Assembly: GCF_006345805.1 (NCBI RefSeq)
Contig: NC_043002.1
Location: 93,000,001-93,064,000 of the forward strand
Direction: 5' to 3'
Length of the DNA: 64,000 nt
DNA from: Octopus sinensis
Taxonomy: Eukaryota
The translations under genes and the position numbers were made by a program. The notes beneath the pieces are model-generated. The model was given only the letters and a program-made list of their open reading frames with translations, was not told the DNA's origin and ran no database searches. Positions 12,272-25,280 of the stretch are shown in pieces; the first letter of the stretch is position 1; the number at the start of each line of letters is the position of its first letter.

Positions 12272-15200
12272 TATTGGTTAGCTTCAATCAAATGGAATCT
12301 CTGCCCAAAGTTTGGTTCCAAATTGAAATAAAGAAATATAAAAAAGTAAAGGAAGTGTTTACAGGAGAAAGATTTACTTACAGCGTATACATGATGACTC
12401 CGACAGCCCACCTGTTTGGATAAATACATAACAACACTAGAATTAGTAAAATCAACAAAGCAGTTAGAGATATGGAAGTGGTGATAGTAGAGAACATCTA
12501 TAACTAACTTATACTCTCTTTCTTTTACTCTCTTTTACTTGTTTCAGTCATTTGACTGCGGCCATGCTGGAGCACCGCCTTTAGTCGAGCAAATCGACCC
12601 CGGGACTTATTCTTTGTAAGCCCAGCACTTATTTTATCGGTCTCTTTTGCCGAACCGCTAAGTTACGGGGACGTAAACACACCAGCATCGGTTGTCAAGC
12701 AATGCTAGGGGGACAAACACAGACACACAAACATATACACACACACATACATATATACATATATACGACAGGCTTCTTTCAGTTTCCGTCTACCAAATCC
12801 ACTCACAAGGCATTGGTCGGCCTGCGGCCATAGCAGAAGACACTTGCCCAAGATGCCACGCAGTGGGACTGAACCCAGAACCATGTGGTTGGTAGGCAAG
12901 CTACTTACCACACAGCCACTCCTAATATTCTATAACTTTTTTGATGAATGAACTGCAAGCTCCATCCATCTTTGGGATCTTTTTGGTTTGAACGGCAGTT
13001 TTTAACATAATTTCTAGGTAACTAAAAAATTTTAAACTTCGTATACTTGTAGAATGTGTTTATAAAACATCTTTTTCTCTTGGCTTTATCGAGAAAATTC
13101 TATAGTTTGTAAGATATTTGTTGTTTTTTTTTTCTTCAATTTCTGCAATTTCAACCAATTACTGACGTCCATTGAGGTAAAAAAAAACATTCTGTGCCGT
13201 ATGAATATGTCCCTCGTTTAAGAAACAGATTGGGTTTACTTACATTTGTGAAGAAAAAAAGATATCCTTCCCCCCACCCCTAACCCTAAACCTAACTAAC
13301 CCTAACATTAAAACAGATTGAAATGACACCGCTAGAAAAAACTGCCGTTCAAACCGAAAAGATCCCATCTTTGTGGTCCCTCAGTAATTCAGCCTGATGT
13401 AACTGGTTCCTCCTTAGATTATTTATTACCTATCGGTAAAAATCAAACTGGCATCATAGATACCAGTTGCTAGAAATTAACATCACTCAAGGATGATCAC
13501 ACACTACATACATTACAAAATTAACCCTTTAGCATTTAAACTGGCCATATCTGACTCAAATATTCTACCTGATTTACATTCAAACCAGCCAGATCTGAGC
13601 TTTCACATTTCTACAATGTCATAATGAAAATAAACATTCAAGGCAGTGCCCCAGCATGGTCGCAGTCTAATAGCTGAAACAAATGAAGGAATTACATCAT
13701 TTCTTTTTTGTTTTCTTCCTTCTCGAGCTGTACATGGCTCATAAGGGCCGGTTTCCCAGTTTCATTGGCGTATAGGTTCCCCACCTGGACGGGACACCAG
13801 TCCATCGCAGGTGAGCTGCTAGATACAGGAGGAAAGAGTGAGAGAAAGTTGTGGCGAAAGAGTCAGCAGAAGTTCGCCATTACCTTCTGCCGGAGCCGCG
13901 TGGAGCTTAGGTGTTTTCGCTCATAAAAACACACATCGCCTGGTCTGAGATTAGAACCCGTGATCCCTCGACCGCGAATCCGCTGCTCTAACCACTAGGC
14001 CATTGTGCCTCCACAATCACATCATTGAAATCTCAAAACTATAAGACAATGCATAATTAATTCAAAACAATGTGAATAGATAATCATTCCATTGGAGAGA
14101 GTATTCTGTGAAAGGGTTAAAATATTTGAAGAATAAACCAGATCCAGGATTTACTTCATTTGATGGAGGTGGAGACTCCTCCTCCAACTCAGTGATAAGC
14201 ATTCAGTTGGTCAATCAACTGAAGACTCAATAAACTAACATGTAAGCGGCTAAGCATTTCACATACATGATTCTCAGGCCAAAGCAATATATCCCAGTAT
14301 TTGATAAGGTTGGACTTTGAAATATAGATACAATCCCTCCAACAAGCCTCCACACAGTTTCCATCTACTCAAAAGGCTTAGCTTACCCCAATTCTATAAT
14401 AAAAGTCACAAGCCCAAGATGCTGTATAGTGGGATCTACTCAAACCAAAGACCTCATAATTGTAAAGTAAACTGCTTCATCACTCAACAACACCCTCTTC
14501 ACTGTTGCTAACAAACATCAGTTTAACAAAGCATCCTATTTCTCTGCCCTATCACAATAAATCATTTAAACAATTAACAGTAATCAACAGAGTAAATAGG
14601 CAGTAAAATACTAAAAGGTTGAGCCCATGCAGTTGTTCTGACTCCCAGATGAAGAATTCACACCCTTTATACTGATAAACATCAATAAATCACAATTTAT
14701 TCATTTTTCTCTCTCTCTTTCTCTCTAAATGGCAGCCTTATATCCAGAAAATTATATTAAAAAACACAGTCAGTATTTAAAATAATCATCATTACCATCA
14801 TTTAATATTCATATTTCATGCCGGCATGAGTTAGATGGTTCAACAGGATCTGAAAGCCTGATGGCTGTGTTGATCTTTCTGCTTTGGCAAGGGTTCTATG
14901 GCTGGATTTCTCTTCATAATACCAACCACTTAACAGAATGTGCTGGGTGTCTTTGTTCATGGCAAAAAGCGCTAGTGGGGTCAGCAGGTAACACACACAA
15001 GACAAGACCCCCTTCACAGAGCATGGGTGCAGTATTGAAAGAGGGGCAGTGTGCCTGGTGTAGAAAGACTAATAGGAAAGAAGGACAGGGACAGGTATCT
15101 TGGTGTAGAGAAGATACATGGCTATGTTTATTGAAAATTCAATATAAATAGAATAAAGATAGTCCATTTTACACTTTTGTACATTTTACTCTTTTGTTAA

Positions 15201-15951
15201 TGTGTTAATCCCTTCCAGTGTATTACTCTCTTGTAATCTGTTATTCTCTTGTATGTCATTCCTTTCTAGTGTATTACTCCTATACAGCATCTTGGGCCCA
15301 GTGGTTAGGGCAGTGGACTCGCAGTTTCGATACCCAGACTGAGCATTGTGTGTGTTTATTGAGCGAAAACACCTAAAGCTCCACGAGGCTCCAGCAGGGG
15401 GTGGTGGTAACCCCTGTTGTACTCTTTCGCCCCAACTTTCTCTCGCTCTTTCTTCCTGTTTCTTGAGTAACGCTGTGATGGACTGGCATCCCGTCCAGCA
15501 GGGGGGGAACACATACGCCACAGAAACCGGGAAACCAGGCCCATGAGCCTGGCTAGGCTTGAAAAGGGCACAAAAAACTTCCCTATATGAGAGGATGCTG
15601 AAAAGTTCTTGGTTTTGGGTAAAAGAAAATACAGGAGGATCAGTTAATTAGGATTTTATTCAACATATTCACTTCTCAGATTCATACACTAACTGAAGTG
15701 GTCCTTCAGTTTTTCTAGGCCCTGTAAAAGGGCTCAGAAGGTTGGGCCTCCAACCAGGCCTTTCACGATACCCTTAAAGCTAGGAACTTTTCACATTTCT
15801 TGACTACTCTGGAAAGGCATGTACTACTATACAAACTTGTCCTGACACTGCCTGAAGACAAAATCTTTGGTATGTCTCCAAAACAACCCACAAGGAATAC
15901 GGTACATTTTCATTTAGCCCTTTTTCTTCTAAGAACGCATATATGCGCGCG

Positions 15952-15991
<40 letters not shown>

Positions 15992-17699
15992 CACACACGC
16001 ACACACACACAAATGTGCATGCACTCAAACACATACTCACAAAACATACATAATGAAAATACTTACATATCAACCTCTTCTCTATAACCAGGTGCTAATT
16101 CGTTCATTGAAACCTGAAGGACTTCTGGAGCTAAATATCCAGGGGTTCCACATAGTTCTGTGAAAAGAAAAAAAAAGGTTAGGGTTTGTATGCAAAGGTC
16201 ATAGGAAATAAAAAAAAGGAAGCCTGCTGAATAAATTCTCATTTCTTTTTTAAACAAAAGTGAATTATTTAACATAAGTATTCTTCCCATGTAAGGAGCA
16301 ATGAAGTACCTTAAAGTGAAGATGAGTAAATGACGAGGTGAGTTGAGTCTAAAATTAAGTTTCAATTCCTGATTGGATCCATTTCTTATTAATTTTTCTT
16401 TTAATTACTGATGTGATCTGGGAAAACAGGCTGTATCTACAGTATTGGTAAATCTGCCAAGACTGATGAGATTGGTTTCATTAGCACTCCTTTCAAACAG
16501 CTTCAAATTGACAGATACAGGAAAGAACAAGTTTGGAAGACAATGCTAGAGGCCCAGTCAGTGACCTGGAGGGGGCAAACAGGGAGCAGTGGTTAGTGTG
16601 ATGGCTGGGGTGAGACATAACATGGATGACAAGAGGAGAAATAGGTGAGGTGGGAGTACCAATTGTTTGTTCCTTTACGAGCCACATCTGGCTCATAAGG
16701 GCCGATTTCCCGGTTTCTTGGCGTATAGGTTCTCCACCTATACGCAGGTGAGCTGCAAGAGAAAGTTGTGGCGAAAGAGTCAGCAGAAGTTTCGCCATTA
16801 CCTTCTGCCGGAACCGTGTAGAGCTTAGGTGTTTTCGCTCATAAACACACACATCGCCCGGTCTGAGATTCGAACCTGCGATCCCTCAATCGTGAGTCCG
16901 CTGCTCTAACCACTAGGCCATGTGCCTCTACGGGAGTACCAATGGTCCTGAGTAGTGGTGATATAAAACAGCTACTTTTGAGAAGTAGACACTAGTGTAG
17001 TAGTGGTACAAATGATAGGGAGAGGAGACAGCACCACATGTAGGCCACATGTTGGAGTGTTTCTGAGTGACTTCATACCAATCAATCAAATGGCCTTCCT
17101 CTGGATGTAGACTAAAATGTATCCTGTGCATAACAGTAGCACCATGCAATATGTGAGAGCATTTACTAACCTTTTACAAAGCTCAGAGTGAATCTCACCT
17201 GAGCTTTGTAAAAGGTTAGTAACTGTTGCAGAACAGAAAAGGAAGGATGCTGCCTTTGCTGTATGTTGATGATATGTGTTTGCCAGGAGAAATCCTTGTT
17301 AATGGTAAGGTTGAGATTTGAAGTGACAGCAAGACTTCTAGGTGTGCATTATTCTTCTTTAGTTGAGCAGGTAAGATGTGATATTTTCTTGCTTGTGCAG
17401 CAATTATGTCTTTCCACTGTTGAAGAAGATAAGATTGGTAAAACTCCACTTAGGGATGTTTCCATGATATCTATTCATGAAGTCAGTAATGCTCTTGGGG
17501 AAAGGCATGACTTCACAACATCTCATTTTGTCTCTCCTATAAATTTTAAGTCTTATGTCAAACACACCAGACTTTATTTCTAAATGACAAGCAATGAAAA
17601 TTAGTTATAGCTTTGATTTTATATTTTTTGCAACATTGTATCTATTTTGTCATTAGGTAAATGAATGGACAGAAGAGTGGGAGGGAGAGAGAAGGTATA

Positions 17700-17732
<33 letters not shown>

Positions 17733-18287
17733 AAAAAAGAAAGTTATATTCATGTGTGTGTGTGTTCTTCAACACTCGGCAATGTGTAGGGAGCTTTACC
17801 TGGACACTATCCCGCAGCAAATGGGCATTTAAACAAACCGCATATACTATGCACATACAACTGATAATGTTTACATTACTAGAGCTGCATGTGTGTGTGT
17901 GTGTGTGTGTGTGTATACACACACAAAAATAAATCAAAAGAGAAATACACAGAGAAATACAGAGGGACAGAGAGACCAGGAGAAGAGGCAACAAGCAGAT
18001 AGACAGACAGTGAAAGACAAAAAGGAAAAAAAAAACGAAGGGGCTGAAAGTGATCTAGGAATTACTAACCAGTAAGTTCTTGATTATCAGTAAGAATAGT
18101 GGCCAACCCAAAATCTGTGAGTTTCACGTTCATGTCATCATCCAGAAGAATATTCTCTGGCTGTAAAATAGGAAGTTGGAAATAATAATAATAATATAAT
18201 AATAATAAATAATAATAATAATAATAAATAATAATAATATATAATAATAATAATAATAAATAATAATAATATAATAATAATAATAAT

Positions 18288-18319
<32 letters not shown>

Positions 18320-18380
18320 TAAATAATAATAATATAATAATAATAATAAAATAATAATAATAATAAAATAATAAATAATA

Positions 18381-18432
<52 letters not shown>

Positions 18433-18639
18433 TAATAATAAATAATAATAAATAATAATAATAATAATAAATAATAATAAATAATAAAAATACTAATAAT
18501 AATAATAATAAATAATAATAATAATAAATAATAATAATAATAATATAATAATAAATAATAATAAATAATAATAAATAATATATAATAATAATAATAATAA
18601 ATAATAATAATATAATAATAATAATAATAATAAATAATA

Positions 18640-18674
<35 letters not shown>

Positions 18675-21600
18675 TAATAATAATAATTGTGTACAGTGCT
18701 CAGGTGCACTACAACTCATCTAAAGTGTATATATAATCAGGTGTAGTTTCGGCGGAGTTCGGAAAGCATGAGGGCCTTAAAGGATGCAGTGTCATGGCAG
18801 TCAACAACTGACGCAGGCAGTTTATTCCATGCTTCAGCAACTCTGAGCGTGAAAAAATGTTTCCGAAAGTCATGGGAGCTGTGTTGTTTTCTGACTTTGT
18901 AGGCATGTCCACGTGTGTTAGACACATGGAGATCAAAAAGGTGTTCAGTGTTGTTGTTGGTGAGGTGGTTGATAACTTTGTGGGTGTTTACCAAGTCCGT
19001 CGCCAGACGCCGGAGCTTCAGTGAATCAAAATGAAAATTCTATTTTAAAAACTGCCTTACATTTATATTACTATGGATGCTTGGGTAGTATATTGTTGTT
19101 GTTATTGCTTAACCCCCAAATCAGTCCTGATAACGTAGACATATGCACACATGATCAAATATCTTCCATCAATGACCATAGCCATGTGGCCTTACTTTTT
19201 TTTTAAGATAGTAGGTTGTGATGTGAAAAGGATTCGACTAGCATTTCTAGTAGATACAACAATATAGAAACTTCCTTTGTTTGAAAGCATGTTATATGCA
19301 TTGGTATTAAACAGGCGGACACTATTCTTAATACACAAGGCGGCGATCTGGCAGAAACGTTAGCACGCCGGGCGAAATGCTTAGCGGTATTTCATCTGCC
19401 GCTACTTTCTGAGTTCAAATTCCGCCAAGGTCGACTTTGCCTTTCATCTTTTCGGGGTCGATAAATTAAGTACCAGTTACGCACTGGTTCGATGTAATAG
19501 ACTTAATCTATTTGTCAGTCCTTGTTTGTTCTCTCTATGTTTAGTCCCTTGTGGGTAGTAAAGAAATATATTCTTAATACAAACCACTCATCAGTGAAGC
19601 AGTAACAGAACTGGTATTTTGCTTAAGTCAGATAAATTGGAGCGAGCAGAGTTGTGTGGAACGAACAGAGTTATGTGGAGTGAGCAGAGTTATGTACCTT
19701 GTACAGGGGACGGAGATCTATGACAAGATACAGTGATCCATAACTCAGCACCTTAAATTCATTGTCACTAAAAATTATAAATAAGATAAATATTGAAATA
19801 TTTACCTTCAAATCTCTGTGGACGATACTTTTTTCATGAACAAAGTCAACAGCTTCCAACAGTTGCCGTATAATTATCCTAAAACAGAAAAGAAGTTTTT
19901 AAAAATTGAATTTTTATTTACTTTTAAATTCATCATCATCATCATCATCGTTTAACGTCTGTTCTCCATGCTAGCATGGGTTGGACGGTTCGGGGAAGCC
20001 AGAAGGCTGCACCAGGCTCCAGTCTTATCTGGCAATGTTTCAACAGCTGGATGCCCTTCCTAACGCCAACCACTCCGTGAGTGTAGTGGGTGCTTTTTAC
20101 GTGCCACCTGCACTGGTGCCAGGCGAGGCTGGCATCGGCCACGGTCGGATTGGTGCATTTGACGTGCCACCAGCACGGAAGCTAGTCGACGCGGCACTGG
20201 CTTCGGCCACGATGCGGATGGTGCTTTTTACGTGGCACCGACACGGGAATTACACACCATAAAGCTGGCAGCATACCCCTGGTTCAGTTTTGAAAATAAC
20301 TTCAGGCCAATTATATTACACAAAATTAGATCTCATGCCCCACATGGAAAAGCTCTGGGAAACCTTCCACTTAAATGTTAAAGCAATTCTTTAGCAAGGT
20401 CTTGACTGTGTTGTCAATAATAAAGGTGCATACCATCATTGGTATATTATCTCTGAAAGCAGATGTGCAATATTTTTACTGATGAAAATATGGGTAAGCC
20501 CTGTCCGAAAGTAGGATAGTAAAATAGTAATCATCATCATCATCATCATCGTTTAGCGTCCGCTTTCCATGCTGGCATGGGTTGGACGGTGCAACTGGGG
20601 TCTGGGAAGCCAGAAGGCTGCACCAGGCCCAGTCTGATCTGGCAATGTTTCTACGGCTGGATGCCCTTCCTAACGCCAACCACTCCATGAGTGTAGTGGG
20701 TGCTTTTTACGTGCCACCTGCACAGGTGCCAGATAAGTCTGGCAAACAGCCACGGTCGGATGGTGCTTTTTACGTGCCACCAGCACGGAGGCCAGGCGAG
20801 GCTGGCAAACGGCCACGATTGAATGGTGCTTTTTACAAAACTAAATATCCGAAGCCTTGCAGGATTTACTAATATTTCTTTACTGTTCTGAGTTCAAATC
20901 TCATAAAAAAGTCAATAATGTCTTTCATTCCTAAATGGTTTCTGAATAAGAATTAAGCCATGCCCCAGAGCTTAATTCAATGGACTATATCCTTTTTCGA
21001 AAGATTTGAAGCCTAACAACAAACATGGCCCTGGGTGGGGGGCAGGGAGAAAAAAGAGCAATGATTGATGCTGCAGTCATTGTGATCACTATTGTCACCA
21101 CCAGCATCCCAATCACCATTATCATCAAGGTAATGAACTGGCAAAATTGTTAGCTGCATTCCATTCAGCTCTTTACATTCTCAGCTCAAACTCCACCAAG
21201 TTTTATTCTGATTTTCATCCTTTCGAGATCAATAAGATAGGTACTAGCTAAGCATTAGGTTTGATGTAATTGATTTACCCTCACCCCTAAAATTGCTGGC
21301 CTTGTGCAAAAATTTTAAACTGCTGCCATCACACTACTACTACTACTACTATTACTATTATTATTATTATTATTATTATTAAAGCAGTACAGAGTAACAG
21401 TAGCATACATGAATCATTGGCAAAAGAGTGTTTTGTTGTTGGATGCTAGCTATTTATCTTGTAAAATTAAATGACTGAATATATTTTTAATACAGTGTAA
21501 ATACCACTTTTTACAATGTCGTTTTTTCATCTCACTTTTATATTCATTTTTATGATTGGTACTATTGTGTAACACAAATCATAAATAAAAATAAAAATAA

Positions 21601-24600
21601 AATGTGAAGTTATGGTGTCTAAATCAACTAGTATGAAATAAAAACAGCACAGCTCCCATGACTTTTGGAAACATTTTTCCATGCTAAGAGTTACTGAAGC
21701 ATGGAACAAACTGCCGGCATCAGTTGTTAGTTGTTGGAGCACTGTATCCTTCAAAACTTCCATGCTTCCTGAGATTCGCCAACACTACACCTGATTTTCT
21801 CCCCTCCATACACATGCAAGCATGTATCTGACTCATACACTGTTCACTTCCCAGACATTTGTACATTACTGCATATACTTTATACGCACTTTCTGACAAG
21901 CTGTGGTGCACCTGAGCACTGTATACAATAATTTCATTATTATTAATTATTATTATCTAAAACTTCATTCCATTAACTGCTTAACAAATAAAGTCATTTT
22001 ATTTATATACAACTCCCTAGATCATGATCATCAATTACTGCCCACCATCCATGCTGGTATGGGTTAGATGATTTGGCAGTAGCTGGTAAGCCAGAGAACT
22101 GTGCCGAAGCTCAATTGTCTGCTTCGGCATGGATACCCTCCTAACACCACCTCCCTTACAGAATATACTGGGTACTTTTTATATGGTACCAGCACAAGCA
22201 AGGTCACCAAGGACCTTGCAAGACAAGTCCCCTCAACTGGGTGGGGAGAGTATTGAGGGAAGTGGCTTTGTACCTGTTGATGAGAGGGCTACAGTATGAT
22301 AGTGGGACAGAAACAGGTCTTGAAGTAGAGGAAATAGATACACAGATGTCTCAGTTGGATTGAGAGAGAGAAATGTTGACAAAGATGTATTGAGGCATAC
22401 CGTAAATCCTTGAGCATAGTCTGCCCTTGAGTATAATACACAGGGGATTTTTAGGGGGCTGTACTTCTGAAAAACCTGAACCTTGTGTATAATACGCCCC
22501 CTTTCTCTAATATGAGTCAAGGAGGTCTATGTAACGTCCTTGGTTTGTAAAAATGTATACAGTAACGTCCTTTATCATTATTGTACATATAACATAATGC
22601 AAACGTGTAGCTTTTTTGTGCATTTTGTTTGCAGAAAATAAGAAATAACAGTAATAACGTTTAATAAATGTTGCTTACTGCAAGTTATGGATGATTCTTT
22701 ATGACTTCATTGCCTTCAGGCTTAGCTTAAGGTATTTTCTCGCCTGACATCACAAAATGCGTCTGAATAAACATTGCCGGACAGCAAATCAAGACTCGGA
22801 CATTGCTTAGAAAATAATTTTCATTTTTAATCTCGTATATAGTAAGAACTAGGGATTTTGACCTTTAAATTTTTGGGAAAAAATGCGTATTATACTTGAG
22901 GATTTACAGTACTCTTAAATTACAAAGAGGTCTATATAAGTGAAATGGTACAGAAGATTAGGGAGGATGAGTAGGCAGGTAATTTCACAAAGGAGAGTAA
23001 GAGATGGAGAGGAGGAGGGAAACTAAAATTTTGATCAGTAAACTATTTACATACCTAGTTCTCTTTTCAGAGAGAGTGACCACTTGTGTGAGATAGTCAA
23101 ACAGTTCACCTTTTTTGCATCTGAAAGTAGTATATATTCTAATTAGACAATGCTTTAATTAAGAAAAGTAAATGCAAATACAAAACATTAGAAAACAGAC
23201 TGGGGCACAACAGATAGATCACTGAAGAATTTATATACAGAATTAAAATGGCTTCTGTTATTGTTATTATTTTGATATTTCACCTTAAAACACACTAGAA
23301 GATAATAAATAGCACAGGGAATTTCAAAAGGATAAGTGAACCAAGTTAAAATGCTTTCATTCTTAACCTCTCTCAACCAACCCAAGAGACTTGATATTGT
23401 TGTTGTTTATCTGCATGTTAGACTTAAACAGGAAGACCTATAAGCAACACCTTTCCAATCATGGCCATCATGCTTAATTTTTTTCTTTTTCTTATTTTGT
23501 TTTTTTTTTGTCTAGACTAGATTATCCAATATATTCTTCCATTTTTAACAGCAGAGGGAAAACAATAAAACTTATAATATTATAGAATGATGAAACTTAT
23601 ACTTACAACTCAAACACAAGAAAAATGAACGTTGATGTTTCAAAGACATCATGGAGATTTACTGAAAATAGATAAAAAAAAACAAATAGGAATGAAAATA
23701 TGAGATATAGGTTATCAATCAACAACCTTTTTTTCATCTACTTTTCCAATTTTTGCATAGATTATATAAGACTTGTTGCTAAGGCAATATTTATTGGTTG
23801 GAAACCCTTCCTGTTGCTTACACTTACTTCTTTTCAAATAATGTACGTAGATATTTTACTAGTTGCACAATGAACCACCCAATGGCCAGACATATTTTTA
23901 TGAGGGATGACAACACTTAAATGGTGGCAAAGTTTTGTGCTTTCAGCACATAAACAATGTTAAGATACAGATGAGAACATGCACACACATACACACAATA
24001 TCTATTTCTTTACTACCCACAAGGGGCTAAACACAGAGAGGACAAACAAGGACAGACAAACAGATCAAGTCGATTATATCGACCTCAGTGCATAACTGGT
24101 ACTTAATTTCTCGACCCCGAAAGGATGAAAGGCAAAGTCGACCTCGGCGGAATTTGAACTCAGAACATAATGGCAGACGAAATACTGCTAAGCATTTCGC
24201 CCGGCATGCTAACAATTCTGCCAGCTCGCCGCCTTCACATACACACAATATCCATACACTCCAATACTTCCAGCTATGTGGTTAAGCTTGTTTCCCTATT
24301 ATGTGGTCTTGGGTTTAGTCTCATTCTGTGGCACCTTGGACAAGTGTATTGTGAGTGGATTTGGTAGATAGAAACTGAAAGAAGTTGGTTACATGCATGC
24401 ATGTGTGTACTATTGTCTTCACAACATGTGGTGGTTGTAAATGAGCATCGCCGTTATACAATTGATATTTTTCATTTCCAGTCTTCCATGAGAAATATAT
24501 TTTGCCATGGAGAAATATTAACTTATTTGGAAACAGGTGAGGATTGGCAACAGGAAGGGTACCAGGTATAGAAAACCTGCCTTGACAAATTCCATCTGAT

Positions 24601-25232
24601 GCAAGTGTGTGTTGAATACGTCTGCCATCACGTTGCTCCAGTTCACTCAGCTGTAGAAATGAGTTGCGACGTCACTGGTGCCAAGCTGTATCGACCTTTG
24701 TCTTTCCCTTGGATAACACTGGTGGCGTGGAGAGGGGAGGCTGGTATGCATGGGCGACTGCTGGTCTTCCATAAACAACCTTGCCCGGACTTGTGTCTAG
24801 GAGGGTAACTTTCTAGGTGCAATCCCATGGTCATTCATGACCGAAGGGGGTCTTTACCCTTTGTATAACAAAACAGGAAATTGGGAAACAAGGAGACTCG
24901 CATTACACACCTTTTGAATATAAGCAATACTAAAGCCCTCACAGCTGCACCATGGAAATCTCTCGGTAAAATCACAAACTTAACATAGCCAGGACCATAT
25001 CCCAAAGACTGACCCTTTTCTTCAGAGCCAAAAAACACTTCATCCTCCAGCTATTGACACTCTCTCGTATCTCAAGTAAGGCCCGCGATGAAGTATTGCT
25101 TCTACATTTGGGACAGTGCTGCTGCTGCTACCACACATAAAGTCATCTTTAGATAGCCTCCAGAATTTCATGAATATTTTAACAGAAGAGTGCTGCTATT
25201 GAATGGAACTGGTGTGTACGTACGTATGCACG

Positions 25233-25280
<48 letters not shown>

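Noticed and set aside
13276-13306. Interstitial telomere or chromosome fusion site
   Set aside because: The CCCTAA units are internal to a MITE and recur in its second copy.
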